Below are positions 25,850 to 38,640 of a DNA stretch of 64,000 nt, piece by piece (the stretch's first letter is position 1; each line of letters begins with the position of its first letter). The DNA lies in NCBI GenBank assembly GCA_035221665.1, contig CM069131.1:23994001-24058000 (forward strand), written 5' to 3'. The stretch is from Okamejei kenojei. Its lineage: Eukaryota. Position numbers and translations under genes: made by a program. The notes below the pieces were generated by a model. That model ran no database searches. It was not told the origin of the DNA and worked only from the letters and a program-made list of their open reading frames with translations.

Positions 25850-26460
25850 ATAGAAATATAGAAAATAGGTGCAGGAGTAGGTCATTCGGCCCTTTGAGCC
25901 AACACCACCATTCAATATGATCATGACTGATCATCCACAATCATTGCCCCATCCGGCTTTTATCCCCGTATCCCTTGATTCCCTTAGCGCTAAGAGCTAA
26001 ATCTAACTATCCCTTGAAAACATCCAGTGAATTGGCCTCCACTGCCTTCTGTGACAGAGAATTCCACAGATTCACAACTCTCTAGGTGAAATCGTTTTGT
26101 ACATTTTATCTCATTGACTGACTATGTTTGTTTCTGGTATACTGGTATCTGTTCATCATTAGTTGTTCATAAATAAGTGAGCTAACATTGTTATGTACTA
26201 TTAAAGTTGCCATGGGTAAATGGGACGAAAAGGTTGGGAACCCCTGCTCTAGTTGGCTTCTCTACATATTGGTTTAAAAACCCATCCCGTATACATTCCA
26301 GAAATTCCTCCTCAGCACTGTTACCAATTTGGTTGGCCCAATCTATATGTAGATTAAAGTCACCCATGATAACTGCTGTACCTTTGCTACACGCATCCCT
26401 AATTTCCTGCTTGATGCTATCCCCAACCTCCCTGCTGTTTGGTGGTTTGTATACAACCAG
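25850..26460 (-). mobile_element. CR1 3' tail (25850-26090) and CR1 endonuclease fragment (26240-26460)
   Basis: ctatttctat tail and UTR hairpin; minus strand AVIMGDFNLHIDWANQIG..EEEFLEC. Confidence 0.75.
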
Positions 26461-26789
26461 GCATTATCATTAGTTACTAATTATTGGTCATTTCTGAATG
26501 TTATTCGTGTCATAGTGCACGTGAGAATTGGTTGCTTTGCTATCTGAAAGGTGAAGTAGAAGTAGAAGTAAAAGCTAATCCAACAAACATGGCCCCCTTC
26601 AAGCCTTATAATAGTGGGATGGTAATTGATGAAATAGCAGTAGATAGGGTTCTTCTGCATTTGTCCTGGGTTGAAATAACCAATCCCTCAAAATCACGGC
26701 AATTTTTCCATTGTCCTAGATTTGACAGCAGCCGCTGGAGAATTTTCCTCAATTTCCATTGACGTCAATTTTACTCTCCTCTTCCTGTC

Positions 26790-27875
26790 AAGGTTTCAGA
26801 GGTAGGTTGGTGTGGGAATGGCAAGGGGAACTAAAATGACATGCAACTGGGATCCATGGATTGCCATTGTAGAAAGAGCGCAGATGCTCTGAAAACTGGT
26901 CGCATAGCCTGCTCTTGCTGACGTAGGGGAGCACCAAAGTGCTGTTTAGGACCCATGAGGTGGTGTAAGAACAAGTGTTGCAGCTCCTCACCTCGCAGAG
27001 AAAATGCCACGTGTCAGCGAGGGAGGGATAGATGGGGAGGATGAGTGCAGCAGGGAGTCATATAAAGGAATTTCTCTGGTAGGTGGGGAGGGAAGATGTT
27101 GCTTATGGTGGGATGCTGATTCAACAGGTGGAAATAATAACGAATGATGATATCCTGGATGCTGATGGGCTGAAAGGTACGGACTAGGGAAATTCTATCT
27201 CTTCTGTTTGAAGGGAGTGAAATGAAAACAAATGCGGTCGCAAGAAACCTAGAAAGAGATGGTGTTCTCATGAAAGATGTTGGGAAGAGGTGTAGATTGG
27301 GTAGCTCTGGAAGTTGGTGCCTAGTTTCCTTTCTGACTTGGAAATAGAGAGATTCCGAAAAGGAAGAGAGTTTCAGAAGTGGTCCAAATGAATTTAGGAG
27401 TGGAGTGGATGTTAACAGCAATGGTGATAAAAGCTGACGAGTTCTACACCTTCACAGGAGGCAGCACCATTGCAATCATCGATGTGACAGAGGGTCGAGG
27501 AAGCATTGGAACAAACACTGTTCCATGTAGCCAATGAATAGACAAGCAAAGCTGGGGCCTATACCCATGGCAACATGTTCAACATAGTGAGTCTGAGGAA
27601 TCAAAAGAGAAACTGTTCAGGGTAAGAACAAGTCCTGCCAGGGAGGGTAAAGTCGTCAAGTCGAGTCATCTTGCAGGAAGAAATGTAGGGCTGTCATGCT
27701 GTCCCTTTTTTGATGAGGGCTGGAGATGTATAAATGAAGATGAGGACTAAATGTGGAGGACTATGCAAGTGTCCCAGATGTAGATGGGAGGGAGCTGGAC
27801 ATGGGGAGACTGGTTAGTGGCAAAGACTGAAATAAGTTCAGAGGGGAAGGAACAGGTAGAAACAATAGTCCTTAG
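26790..27875 (-). pseudogene. Penelope-like RT plus GIY-YIG endonuclease pseudogene
   Basis: Minus strand VAMGIGPSFACLFIGYME (PLE RT motif), HIDDCNGAAS (YxDD site), RISLVRTFQP and SKSRLCDQFSEHLRS..PVACHFSSPCHS (GIY-YIG). Confidence 0.85.
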
Positions 27876-27954
27876 TGCCCTTTGGGTAAAATATCAAGGA
27901 AGCATCTCCCATACATTAATTTGATGGTGAAGCAGTCAGTACCTGTGACGGACC

Positions 27955-28410
27955 CGTGATGCAACAGTCACTGTGCTCTCCACTGTACATCTGTAGAAAT
28001 TCAGTCATTTATTAACATATCAAATCTCCTCCATCTTGTAGGGAGGGAGAAGCAATGAAGAGCTTTCATTGTGATTGCATCAAAGTACAGGGTCCAGGAC
28101 AGATTTGGAGATATGCATGCCCAGTAACATGAAGCTGTTGGCTCTTTCCACTGCTGTCCCTTCAATGAATACAAGTTTCGGGATCCTTGACCTTCCACTC
28201 CTGAAACAAAGGTCAGCTCCTTGATTTGCTGACGTTGAGAGCAAGATTGTTGTTCTGGCACCATTCAATCAGAATTTCAATCTCGCTCCTATATTCTGAC
28301 TCATTACCCATCATTCGTCCAACAACAGTGGTATCGTTGACAAAATTAAAGATGGTTTTTGGAACTGTCTGGCGGGTAAGGGGAGAGGGGTCTGAGCACG
28401 CAGCCTTGAA
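27955..28410 (-). mobile_element. Rex1/Babar RT fragment
   Basis: Minus strand equivalents of QGCVL, DTTVVG, WCQNNNLALNVSK and YRCTVES. Confidence 0.8.
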
Positions 28411-28524
28411 GTACTTTTGTACAGCCTTATTACTTCTGTACTGTTCTGCAAAATATCAACCGACAAAAATTTTACAAAGTCTCTCGATTTGGCTTGTAAG
28501 ATTAATGAAGTATGGCCATGTACG

Positions 28525-29472
28525 TAGCAATGTTACAAAATTTTGAGATTTAAAAAATCAGGTCTGCAATTTATCCCATCAGAAAAAGCATAAAAGGAAG
28601 TTTAATTTGACACCTAATTCACTTTCATATCTTCAATGGCCATTTTCATACTCGGAAATTAGCATCTTGTTCCCCATTGCCTTTCCATTGACTTAACTCA
28701 AAAGCTGTGATCTAGGACAGTCAAAAGCCCATAACTTTCTTAAAAATTAAGAGAACTGAATGAAATTTTCAGTTATTATAGATTGAAGCATTCTGAAACA
28801 AATATGAAACAATCTTACTTGGGTGACCTGAAGTTAAAGCATATAATTAGTTAGTTACCTAATTGTAGCTAATTACAAAATTCAACTACTAGATCTAAAC
28901 ATCTATCCATTTCTTAAGAAAAGATAAACATTTTTAAATTACCTAAGTGTCCAAATAACATTCACACAATAATTCACAATATAACATGATTTTTAAATCT
29001 AATTTTCATGAATTTATAGGCCGAATGGAAGGAATTTAGTGTTTAATTCCTGTAAATTAATGACCATTCAAATCAACTTGCGAGTGGGTTTTAGTGGAAC
29101 GCGGTGGATTGGAACGTTGGGTTTGCGGTGAATTTAACCGACAGTCGGCAGGAAAAATACTGCTGGTTCGTATATATTTTTTGTCCACTTTTCGCAAAAT
29201 GAAAATTTGATTAAAGGCTTCCTAAGAACCTAAGATGATTTTTAAATTACTCTTGCTAATAAATGATCTATCGTTTTTTAAAAATACCTTCATAAAACAA
29301 ATGTCGGAGCGGTTTCTCTTTAGCAACAAAATCCCCTGAGATGGATCGATTTCAACTGTCTGGAGAAAAACGGCATTTTAAACCCCCCCCCCCCTTGAAA
29401 GGCGCCGAAGTCGCGCACACGGGGAGTGGCAGAACTGCAGCTCCGCTGAAGGTAAGTTTTGTAACATACCTA
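28525..29472. mobile_element. Non-autonomous TIR DNA transposon (superfamily uncertain)
   Basis: 16-bp TIR tagcaatgttacaaaa / ttttgtaacataccta; flanks atgtacg and atgtatg. Confidence 0.75.
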
Positions 29473-29594
29473 ATGTATGAGGGTATTTCCAAATGATCTG
29501 TGTACTTGGATGGGGCTAGAATCTGAGGCCAGGCAGTCCGGTTGTCATGCCCAACTTACTGAGACGTTGAAAATTTGTCTGCATAACATAAATC

Positions 29595-30412
29595 AGATTC
29601 AGATTCTGATTCACATTTATTGTCACATGCACCAATTAAGATACCGTGATATTTGAGTTGCCATACAATTAAAAGAACAGCACAATTCAAAAGAACGATG
29701 GAACTTAACGGAAAAATCCATGACAGTGATCACTGTGATGGAAGGCAATAAAGTTCAGTCAGTCTTCCTCCTTTTGTTCACCCATGTTTGGGGCATGGAT
29801 CCTCTGCAGTCACCGCTACGGACAGCCCAATGTATAAGCCCTCTCGTCGGGATGATCGAAGCTCCGACGTCGGGATAGATGGAACACACTCCGCGGCTTG
29901 GAGTGCCCGAATCGTCCACTTTCTTACCGGAGACCACAGCTTCTCGCTGTTATAGGCCGCAGGCAGGCCAGCGGTCGGAGCTCTTCTGTGGCGACCCCCG
30001 CAAGGGATCCCTGGCTCCGGGATGGTAAAGTCCACTCCACGCCTGCTGCAAGAAGCGGACCGCGGCTTCACGATGTTAAACTCAGCAGGCCGGCGGTCGG
30101 AGTCTTCTGGCTCCGCGATGTTAAAGTCTATGCTGCGCCTGCTGCTGAAGCTCTGGGCCGTCTCCGGGAAAGGCCGCACCAATCCAAGTTGTAAGGCCAC
30201 AAGGGAGGGAGAAAATGCGACTAGGAGAAAAGTCGCATCTCCTTCCAGGTAAGTGATTGGTAACGGTTTCCCCCTTTTCTCCCCCCCACCTCCTCCACAT
30301 AAAAACATACTGAGAGACATTAACACATACATTTAGACATATTAAAAAATACAAAAAAAAGTTGAAATGACTGACAAACTGCTGGCGAGGCTGCCGTAGT
30401 GGCGCCACCCGA
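29595..30412 (-). mobile_element. Non-autonomous LINE-tailed retroposon with GC-rich 5' part
   Basis: Minus strand ends ..gacaataaatgtgaatcagaatctgaatct (Rex1/L2-type tail); a related 3' fragment lies at 51030-51260. Confidence 0.6.
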
Positions 30413-30839
30413 TGACTGAGAATGATTGAGGAATGCATTATTCCGGCCATTTTGTTTCGAGGAATTTGATTTTATTTGTTTTTGACCGTTCATAGTTAAT
30501 ACTATTTCAATGAACCAAAACTGTTTTTGTTTTTTTGTTTGAGAATGATCAGAGATTTTTTTTTTTTTGCATTACATTAAACTGAATTCAAACCTGGGTC
30601 TTAAAGGTTTGTTTTAATTTGTTGGTTTACTTTTCTGTTTTTTTAATGGTTAATGATTAACTATATTAAATCAAAAAATAACATTTGCATATCCTGATTG
30701 TGCTGTATGCTACTAAATTTAACATTTTACTTGAATCTGCCTTGAAAAATCTCACTGAAGTATAAATATTTTAGAACTGAGCTTGTGTTTGTTTCTATAG
30801 CACTACAGAAGGAAGGACAAATGAGCAATAACACTGAAT

Positions 30840-31177
30840 AGTGAAATAGAGTGGATGTGTAGAGGATGTTTCCACTAGTGGGAGAGTCTAGGACCAGGGA
30901 GCACAGCCGCCGAATAAAGGATGTACCTTTAGAAAGGAGAAAAAGGGGAATTTCTTCCGTCAGATGGTGGGGAATCTGTGGAATTCATTGCTGCAAACAG
31001 CTGTGGAGGCCGTCATTGTGTATTTTTGCAGCTGAGATTGACCGATTCTTGATTAGCAAGGGTGACAAACATTATTGTGGAGAATGGGGTTGCGAGGGAA
31101 AAATAGATCAGCCATGATTGAATGGCGGAGTAGACTCAATGGGCCAAATTGCCTAATTCTGCTCCTATGGCTTATGA
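30840..31177 (+). mobile_element. CR1 3' end
   Basis: MFPLVGESRTREHS, then 3' UTR and ttatg tail. Confidence 0.85.
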
Positions 31178-33563
31178 ACAAGATAACACAGATTTTCAAG
31201 AGTTGTGAGAAAGTAGAATAGGGGGTTACTATATCAAAACACCACCACCTTTCTTTGTACCATGAATAGGCTTGCATATATGTGCACTCTTTTTGACCCT
31301 AGGATGTCCCAAGTATCTTAAAACAAATACATTTGAAGTGTCATTTGTATTGTAAGTCAATGCAAATGGGCACCTGGATCGCATGCTGCAAAGGTCATGT
31401 TAACAAATAATGAAAAGGATAATTGAAGTGGGTCAAGAGATCAATTTTGACCGGGACAGTGAAATAAATCAAAATTTTGGGGAGCGTTTGTTATGTATTT
31501 AGTCAGATTCTTTTTTTTTAAGCCGATGAATTAGTATCCAACAATATGGTGACAGTGTGCTCATGCAGGTACTGTAGTTGCTTCAGTTCAGTGATTTCAC
31601 ATTATGGAATGTGGAATGATGTGACCAGCTGTTAACTGGGTGGGACCAAGGTGATGCAGAAATGAATCATTTACAGTTAGTATCTTATCTACTTCTACTT
31701 TGTATCTTGAAAATGATGTGATTTACATATGCTTATGATTCCTGCATTTGAATTGATACCAAATCATTTTTTTTTTCAGAAGTAAGCTAGTTTCACTTTA
31801 TTCCACATTGAATTCAAACAAATGCCCAGAGAATAACAAATCTCTGAAATTGTTCTTAATTGACTCATTTTTATTTCTGTGGGCTTGAAACATGTAGCTT
31901 TGATTGTTCTATAAAACATTAAAACAAAACTGTGAGCTTTTGTTCCATTAAATTAGTAATTAGTAAATTCTGGCAGCCTTATGTACATGAATAATAGTGA
32001 ATGCTTATTTGAATTGATAAAGTGTTCCATGGAGTATTTGCTTGTTATCTAATTAAGTGTTTTACACTTCAAGATGAACGACTAAAATTACTGACTCAGA
32101 TGTATTAATTATGTGCTGGTCGTTGCATTCTTGCTTGGAACTGGAAGTGTAGAAGACCCTCTATCTATTTAGGTGATGTGTCTGTTATATCCAAGAATTA
32201 AAGCTGTGCAATAAATTATTTTCCCTGCAGTAGGGTGTGACTAGATATATTTTGTAAATCAAAGCCATTTTCGAGTATAATCTTGCTGCATAATTTCAGT
32301 GAAGTACAGCGTTAGATTGGGCAACATTTCGGATTTGAAGTTAAGAAAAGATAGGAAACTGCAGATGCTGGAAACCCGAGCAAAAACAAAATGCTCGAGG
32401 AATGCAGCGGGCCAGGCAGCATCTGTGGAGGGAATGGACAGACAATGTTTTGGTGCTGGATCCTTCTTTAGACTTGGAATTCTTCCAGCTTTTTGTTTTT
32501 TTGGTACTTGAAGTTAAGGGACTGTTTTCGTGTGTTATAATTGGAAATACATATTGAAAGATTGGATTATATTACAGCAGCATGTCAACTGAGTTTCAGA
32601 AATGATCTCATTTGGCCAATATCAGATTTTTTTTGGCTGCAATTCAAGATTTTGTGTTGTGGTGGCAGCACTTTTTAATAGGATTCTTTTGTAACCCAAT
32701 TCTTTGAATAACGGCCAGTTGCAGGACAAGTTGATTATTATAATCATTCAGGAAGATACATCATTATTGACCAACTAATCAATTTTCCGTTTTGGAGAAG
32801 AAAATAACACAAACATGTAGGATATGTGAAAGAATAATTTCTTTGTCAATAAATAGCTTTTGTTTTTTTTTCCATATGGGATGGAAAAGGGTTATGTACT
32901 TCTCCATCTGTGTGAGATTCCTATTCATACAATATATTTAATGGAATGGGATTTTCTTCTCGAATCTGGTCATCTTGCCAAATTGATTCACGGGTTCAAC
33001 GAGCAGAATTAGGCCATTTGGCCCATCAAGTCTACTCCACCATTCAATCATGGCTGTTCTATCTTTCCCTCTCAATCCTATTCTCCTGCATTCTTCCTAA
33101 TTTTCAATAATTAGCCAAACAAAATTTGCCTGTAATGATCCATGCTGTGTTTCCAAATGCAATTAGTTTTCTGTTAAACTGTCTCAGGAAATTATCCTGC
33201 CAACCACATTAAGCTTCTTAGTTTGTGGTTGTCAGGTTTATCCTTTTCTCCCAACAGGTGAGCACTGTTTTCAGTCCCCGTATCCAAAGAGGTTTACAAA
33301 ATTTAAAGCGGAGCCTGAGTTATCATTTTTACTTATTTTAGTCATTTGGACCTCACCTGGTTTTCGCGACTATTTATGACGACGTCTAGAGGGGGGGAAA
33401 AAAGAAAAAGGGCTGAAATAACTCAGTGGGTCAGGTAGCATCTCTGGAGAACAATGGCGACGTTTTGGGTCGAGGCCCATCCACATCTGCATTCCTTTTG
33501 TCTCAAGCCCTTGTGGAATCTCTTATTTACAAATGGCCTGTTTGGTATGTCATAGTCATAGAG

Positions 33564-34780
33564 CAGGCACGTGCCGTGAGTGATCACTCAGGGTAGGCAG
33601 TCAGTCGGCTTTAAAAAAACCTTAAACCGCGCATGCACAGATTATTCTCTCCGTAAAAATAAAAAATAAAAATAAAGACAGTAACAATTAAATTTGCCCA
33701 AGTCTTCCAAATCTCCTTTATTCTGAATTACTGAATGGGTGGGGGGTGAAGGGTGATGGTAGGTGGAGAGATGGTGGGAAAAACGGGAGCAGCAGTGCTG
33801 GCTCGAAGGGCCGAATGGCCTACTCCTGCACCTATTGTCTATTGTCACACCGGGACAAGTTGAATTAGTTGTCATCTTACTGAATGACAACACTTGTTCA
33901 AGGGACCAATTGCGGGGAGTGTTCCTTTCACAGCGTGTTCGGAGTCTGACCAGCGGTAAAGTTGCGGGGAGGGCAGGAGAATTGAGAAGGAGTGGGTCGG
34001 GATAATACCAGTAACTCACTCACTCGCCGCTGCCGCGACGCACCGGACGCGGAGCCACCGCATTGTAGCCGGGAATAGAAGCAGCTCGGTGGCTTCGAGC
34101 GGGAGCCGACAGCAGAACTGGCCGCCATTTCAGCGCCTTCTGCCGGCCCGCTCATCTTTGGCAGTGATCTCCGTCTGAACACCTCTCACCTGTCGCTCGC
34201 CAACTTCGCTCATGTCAGCCGCTTCAGCAAATCCTTAAATTCCCACAGCCGAGTAACCTCAATCGCGCTGTCGGAATTTAAGGATTTGCGGGAAGCGGCT
34301 GACATGAGTGAGGCCAGCGAGCGGAGGTGAGTGGTGGCCGGCAGAAGGAGCTGAGGTGGTGGCTGGTTCCACTGTCCGGCCTAGCGGCCGCTCGCAACAC
34401 CCGAACTGCTTCCCTCCACGGCCCCAATGCGGTGGCTCCGTGCAAGGAGCGTCGCAAGTGGGCTACTGGAACGATCCCGATCCCCTCCTTCACAATGCTC
34501 CTGCCCTCCCTGCAACTTTACCCAGGCCAGACTCCCCAAACGCTGTGAAAGGAATTCCCCCCCCCAACCCCACCCCGGGAAAGACGGTATTTAAAAATAT
34601 ATAGCACCAAGACTTGTACTTGCCACATTATCGGTACACGAAACTCCATTCTTCTCTCTTTGTTTCCTAAGACACTTAAGATAATGGCAATCCATATTTG
34701 AAAAAAACCCGGCAAGAAATTAGTGCCGGGTAGGCAAGGTAGGCAGTGCCTACCTTGCCTACCCTGACGGCACGTGTCTG
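33564..34780. mobile_element. Non-autonomous hAT element with perfect 8-bp TSD, inserted in a CR1 tail
   Basis: TIR caggcacgtgccgt / acggcacgtgtctg; TSD tcatagag at 33556-33563 and 34781-34788; subterminal palindrome gggtaggcaaggtaggcagtgcctaccttgcctaccc. Confidence 0.9.
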
Positions 34781-35369
34781 TCATAGAGTATACAGTGTGG
34801 AAACAGGACCTTCAGCCCAACTTGCTGACACCCACCAACATGTCCCATCTACACTAGTCCCATCTGCCTGCATTTGGCCCATTAGCTCTCTAAACCTGAC
34901 CTGTTCCTATCCGTGTACCATGTAAATGTTTCTGAAACGTTGCGATGGTACCTACCTCAACTGCCTATAATGGTAGAATCCCAGGAAATATATCATAACA
35001 TTTTGAAGGACACGGAAACAGATTAATATCATTGCATCCTGATTATGCATTTAATCACAGGATTGTATATTTCAATACATCAATGTACACTCTTCTTCCC
35101 TGCACTTTTAGGTGGGATGAAGATTCAAGAATCCATGTGGCAATTTAAGTAAGAATGTCAGCAGCAAATATTACAATTATCTTTTAATGGAAGTTCTTCC
35201 TGATTTTAAATTCTTCCTGAGATAAAGTAGGAGAGGTTCCACTCTTTCCATTCACTTGGTCTGATCTCTCATTGCAATCTTTGGTGTAATGAAACCCAGC
35301 TATATCACATATAAAATACAGAATGACCTGACTTGTGGAAATCCAACTTCATACAAATTCTCCCATACA

Positions 35370-37007
35370 TTGATGAACCATGAGATCCGGATTCTTCTGA
35401 AGACCAGATCCCAAGTATTCGAGTCTGGTGACGCAGAGGTCTATAAGTCCAGATACGACCTTGACAACTCCTTCAAAAAGGCCAAAAAGGGGCTTCTGCT
35501 CAAAGCTGGAGGATGGGGCCGATGTCGGCTACTGTGGCAGGGCTTGAATGCTATCACCTCCTACAAGGCAAAATCAGGAGGCAGCTCAAGCAACAGCGAA
35601 GCATCGCTCCATGACGAGCTCAATTCGTTCTACGCATGCTTTGATAGGGAGAAAACTGATGTGCTTTCCCGAGTCCCCATACGCACTGATGGTATCACAG
35701 TCACAGAGGCCGACATCAGAAGATTCTTCAGGGGGGTGAACCCTCGGAAAGTTCCTGGACCTGATAGTATACCCGGTCGAGTTCTCAAAACCCTTGCAGA
35801 CCAACTGGCTGGAGCTTTGCGGACATTTTCAACCTCTCATTATTGAGGTCTGAAGTTCCCACCTTTAAGAGAGCATCAATAATACTGGTGCCCAAGAAGA
35901 GTAAGGTGTCAACCAGTGGCACTAACATCCGTGGTGATGAAGTGCTTTGAGAGGTTGGTTATGGTGCATATCAACTCGTACCTCAACAAGAACCTCGACC
36001 CATTACAGTTCACCTACCATCACAACAGGTCAACGGAGAATGCGATCTCACTGGCTCTCCACTCTGCACTGGACCACTTGGATAATAAAAACACATGTCA
36101 GGCTGTTGTTTATAGACTACAGCTCGGCGTTCAATACCATCATCCCCTCTAAGCTTGTTCCCATGCTCACGGAGCTGGGTCTCCGCGCACTCCTGTGCAA
36201 TTGGATCCTTCACTTCCTCATCCACAGTCTGTTTGAATTGGCAGAAATACTTCTTCCTCACTAACGATTGGTATGGGAGCACCTCAAGGCTGCGCGCTCA
36301 GCCCCCTACTCTACTCACTCTATACTCATGACTGTGTAGCCGGACATAATACGTACTCCATCTTCAGTTTCGCTGACGACACCACCGTTGTTGGACGAAT
36401 TGCAGATGGTGATGAGTCAGAGTAGAGAAGTGAGATTGACTGATTGACCAAATGGTGCCAACACAACAACCTGGCTCTCAATATCAGTAAAACCAATGAA
36501 CTGATTGTGGACTTTGGAAGAGGAAAGATGAGGACGTACAATCCTGTTTATATCAACCGGACAGTGGTGGAGAGAGTCAAAAACTTCAAATTCCTGGGCG
36601 TGCATATTTCCAAAGATCTTTCCTGGAATTAGGAAATAAAGCACATCAGTGCCTCTACTTCCTAAGAAGATTTGGTATGTCAGAGAGGATTCTCTTGAAC
36701 ATCTACAGGTGTACAGTAGAGAGCACAATGACTGGTTGCATCAACTTGAACGCCCAGGAGTGCAAAAGACTGCAAAATGTTGTGAACACTGCCCAGTCCA
36801 TCACCGCCTCTGACCTCCCCACCATCGAAGGGGTTTATCGGAGTTGCTGCCTCAAAGCCAACCGCCAGCCTGAAAACGCTTAACGCTCGGGTTCAGGAAC
36901 AGCTTCATCCCGACAGCCATCAGGCTATTAAATACTACAACCACAAATAAGTTCTGAACTACAATAAACTTATTATTGCACTACTATTGTTTGTTTTTTG
37001 AGTGTGC

Positions 37008-37042
<35 letters not shown>

Positions 37043-37120
37043 TTTTTTTCTTTCTCGTTTATCATATTGTTTACAGTGTACTATGTTTACATATTCTGCA
37101 GTGCTGCAGCAAGTAAGAAA
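35370..37120 (+). mobile_element. Rex1/Babar LINE, ORF2 pseudogene
   Basis: LWQGLNAITSYK..ELNSFYACF..PRKVPGPDSIPGRVLK; [20 protein letters not shown]; [14 protein letters not shown]; GAPQGCALSPLLYSLYT; FADD. Confidence 0.92.
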
Positions 37121-37479
37121 TGGATGTTTGTGATTTACTGGGAAATCAGTTTGGGGACTGTTGTCGGGAATGGAACTGTTGCATAATACATAGACTGCCT
37201 GTACTTAGCTTTTACTTAGTAGGTTGCGCTTGTTGTCCATCTTAATTTATACTCCCATACTTTGAAATGAAATCAATATGCAGCAGCAAAATGTTGTCCC
37301 ATCCTGCAGTGATGTGAGAAATCTCTACTTGGCTCGTGTCATCCTCAGCAGATGTATGGGACAGTTGCATTCATAAGTGTAAATATGAATTAATCTTTTG
37401 AAACAAAATCCTCCTTTCTAAACCCAAAAGACACCAATTTTAATAATAGTCTGTTAAAGTGAAGAGAGCAGCAGCAGCA

Positions 37480-37730
37480 TAGCAGGGTAGGGCAAAGTCA
37501 GATAGGGTTATAGTGATGGGAGACTGATTGGTTAGGGGACAGTCAGGAGGTACTGTGTCTGTAAATGGCACTCCAGTATGGTGTGTTTGTTGCCTTCCTG
37601 GTGCCAGGGTCCAGGATGAATCGGAGTGGCTGAAGAACAAGGAGGAGGAGAAGTTGTGTGGATAGTGGCACAACAGACACGGGATGAAAAAGTGATGAGA
37701 TCCTGCAGGATGTATATATATGGAGTTAGG
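37480..37730 (+). mobile_element. CR1 ORF1 esterase (SGNH-like) fragment
   Basis: RVIVMGD*LVRG...CCLPGARVQD. Confidence 0.7.
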
Positions 37731-37899
37731 CATTCTTGAAGTACTTCTTATGCCCACCTAGAAATCTTTTGCTGTTTGTCTGGCCTATGATGTTAGGTAT
37801 GCGAATGGTGTAGCCTCCCTGTTAGAGCAAAATGAATGCAACTAGAATCTTGACTCTGTGAAGGGTGATCTGGAAGGCAATGTTAATGTAGGTTTCTTT

Positions 37900-38640
37900 C
37901 TCTGCCAGTGGATTTGAAAGATTTTGCAGAGGTGGTGTTGATGATGAGAGCAAATTTGCAACGGTGTGATGGGCAAGAAAGATGTATAGCAGAATTATTC
38001 CGGTGGTGTTGCCAGCTCACAAAATGCTTGGAGCACGCCCTGTCATAATCTACACCCTGTCCATTCAGAGAGAAGTTAGTATCTTGTGACATCTTTGATC
38101 CGGACCCCAGCACTCTTCAAGTACTGTTGTTGTTTGAACAAGAGATCATATGATACCTGCATCAACTTCACCACGATAGGTGGCAATCAGTGCCGAACTG
38201 TCGTAGACCTAAACTGTTCTGTCTCCTGCAGCCTGGCTTCAACGCAATGATGACACCAGAAGCACCTCTGCAAGAAAATTGATATTGAATTTATTGAAGT
38301 TTGTGCAAATGTGGCTCTTTTCAGACAATACCTCTACTTGACCACTTGCAAATAACTGCACCCACATAATGTCTTCATTGCCCGGAACTCCAACATACTT
38401 AGCGTCTGTGAAGCCATTTGGCTCGTCTGGGAAACACTAAGACTAGTTTGATGAGAATGACCACGTGATCCAAGAGCTAATTAAACACAAATACAAGTCA
38501 TTCTTGGATGGAAAGCTTCGTCATGCTGATAGGGAATCAAATAAGCTTTTCAGATAGCCGATGGCCAAGGTCCAACAATAAACACTCAATCCAAAGAACA
38601 GGATGTGTGGAAAGAGCTCAGGATATATAGCAGCTATCTG
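37900..38640 (+). mobile_element. Old RTE-clade LINE fragment (endonuclease end and linker)
   Basis: LTKCLEHALVI-like segment, and KH*D*FDENDHVIQELI corresponding to the RTE KHQDWFDEND motif. Confidence 0.65.

Noticed and set aside
29778-30450. Overlapping ORFs in a GC-rich region suggesting a gene or CpG-island promoter
   Set aside because: The region lies inside a LINE-tailed repeat with internal tandem sub-repeats, and a related fragment occurs at 51030-51260.
35112-35148. Possible cassette exon after cttcttccctgcacttttAG and before GTAAG
   Set aside because: No similarity to GRAF proteins, a weak donor context, and no supporting evidence.
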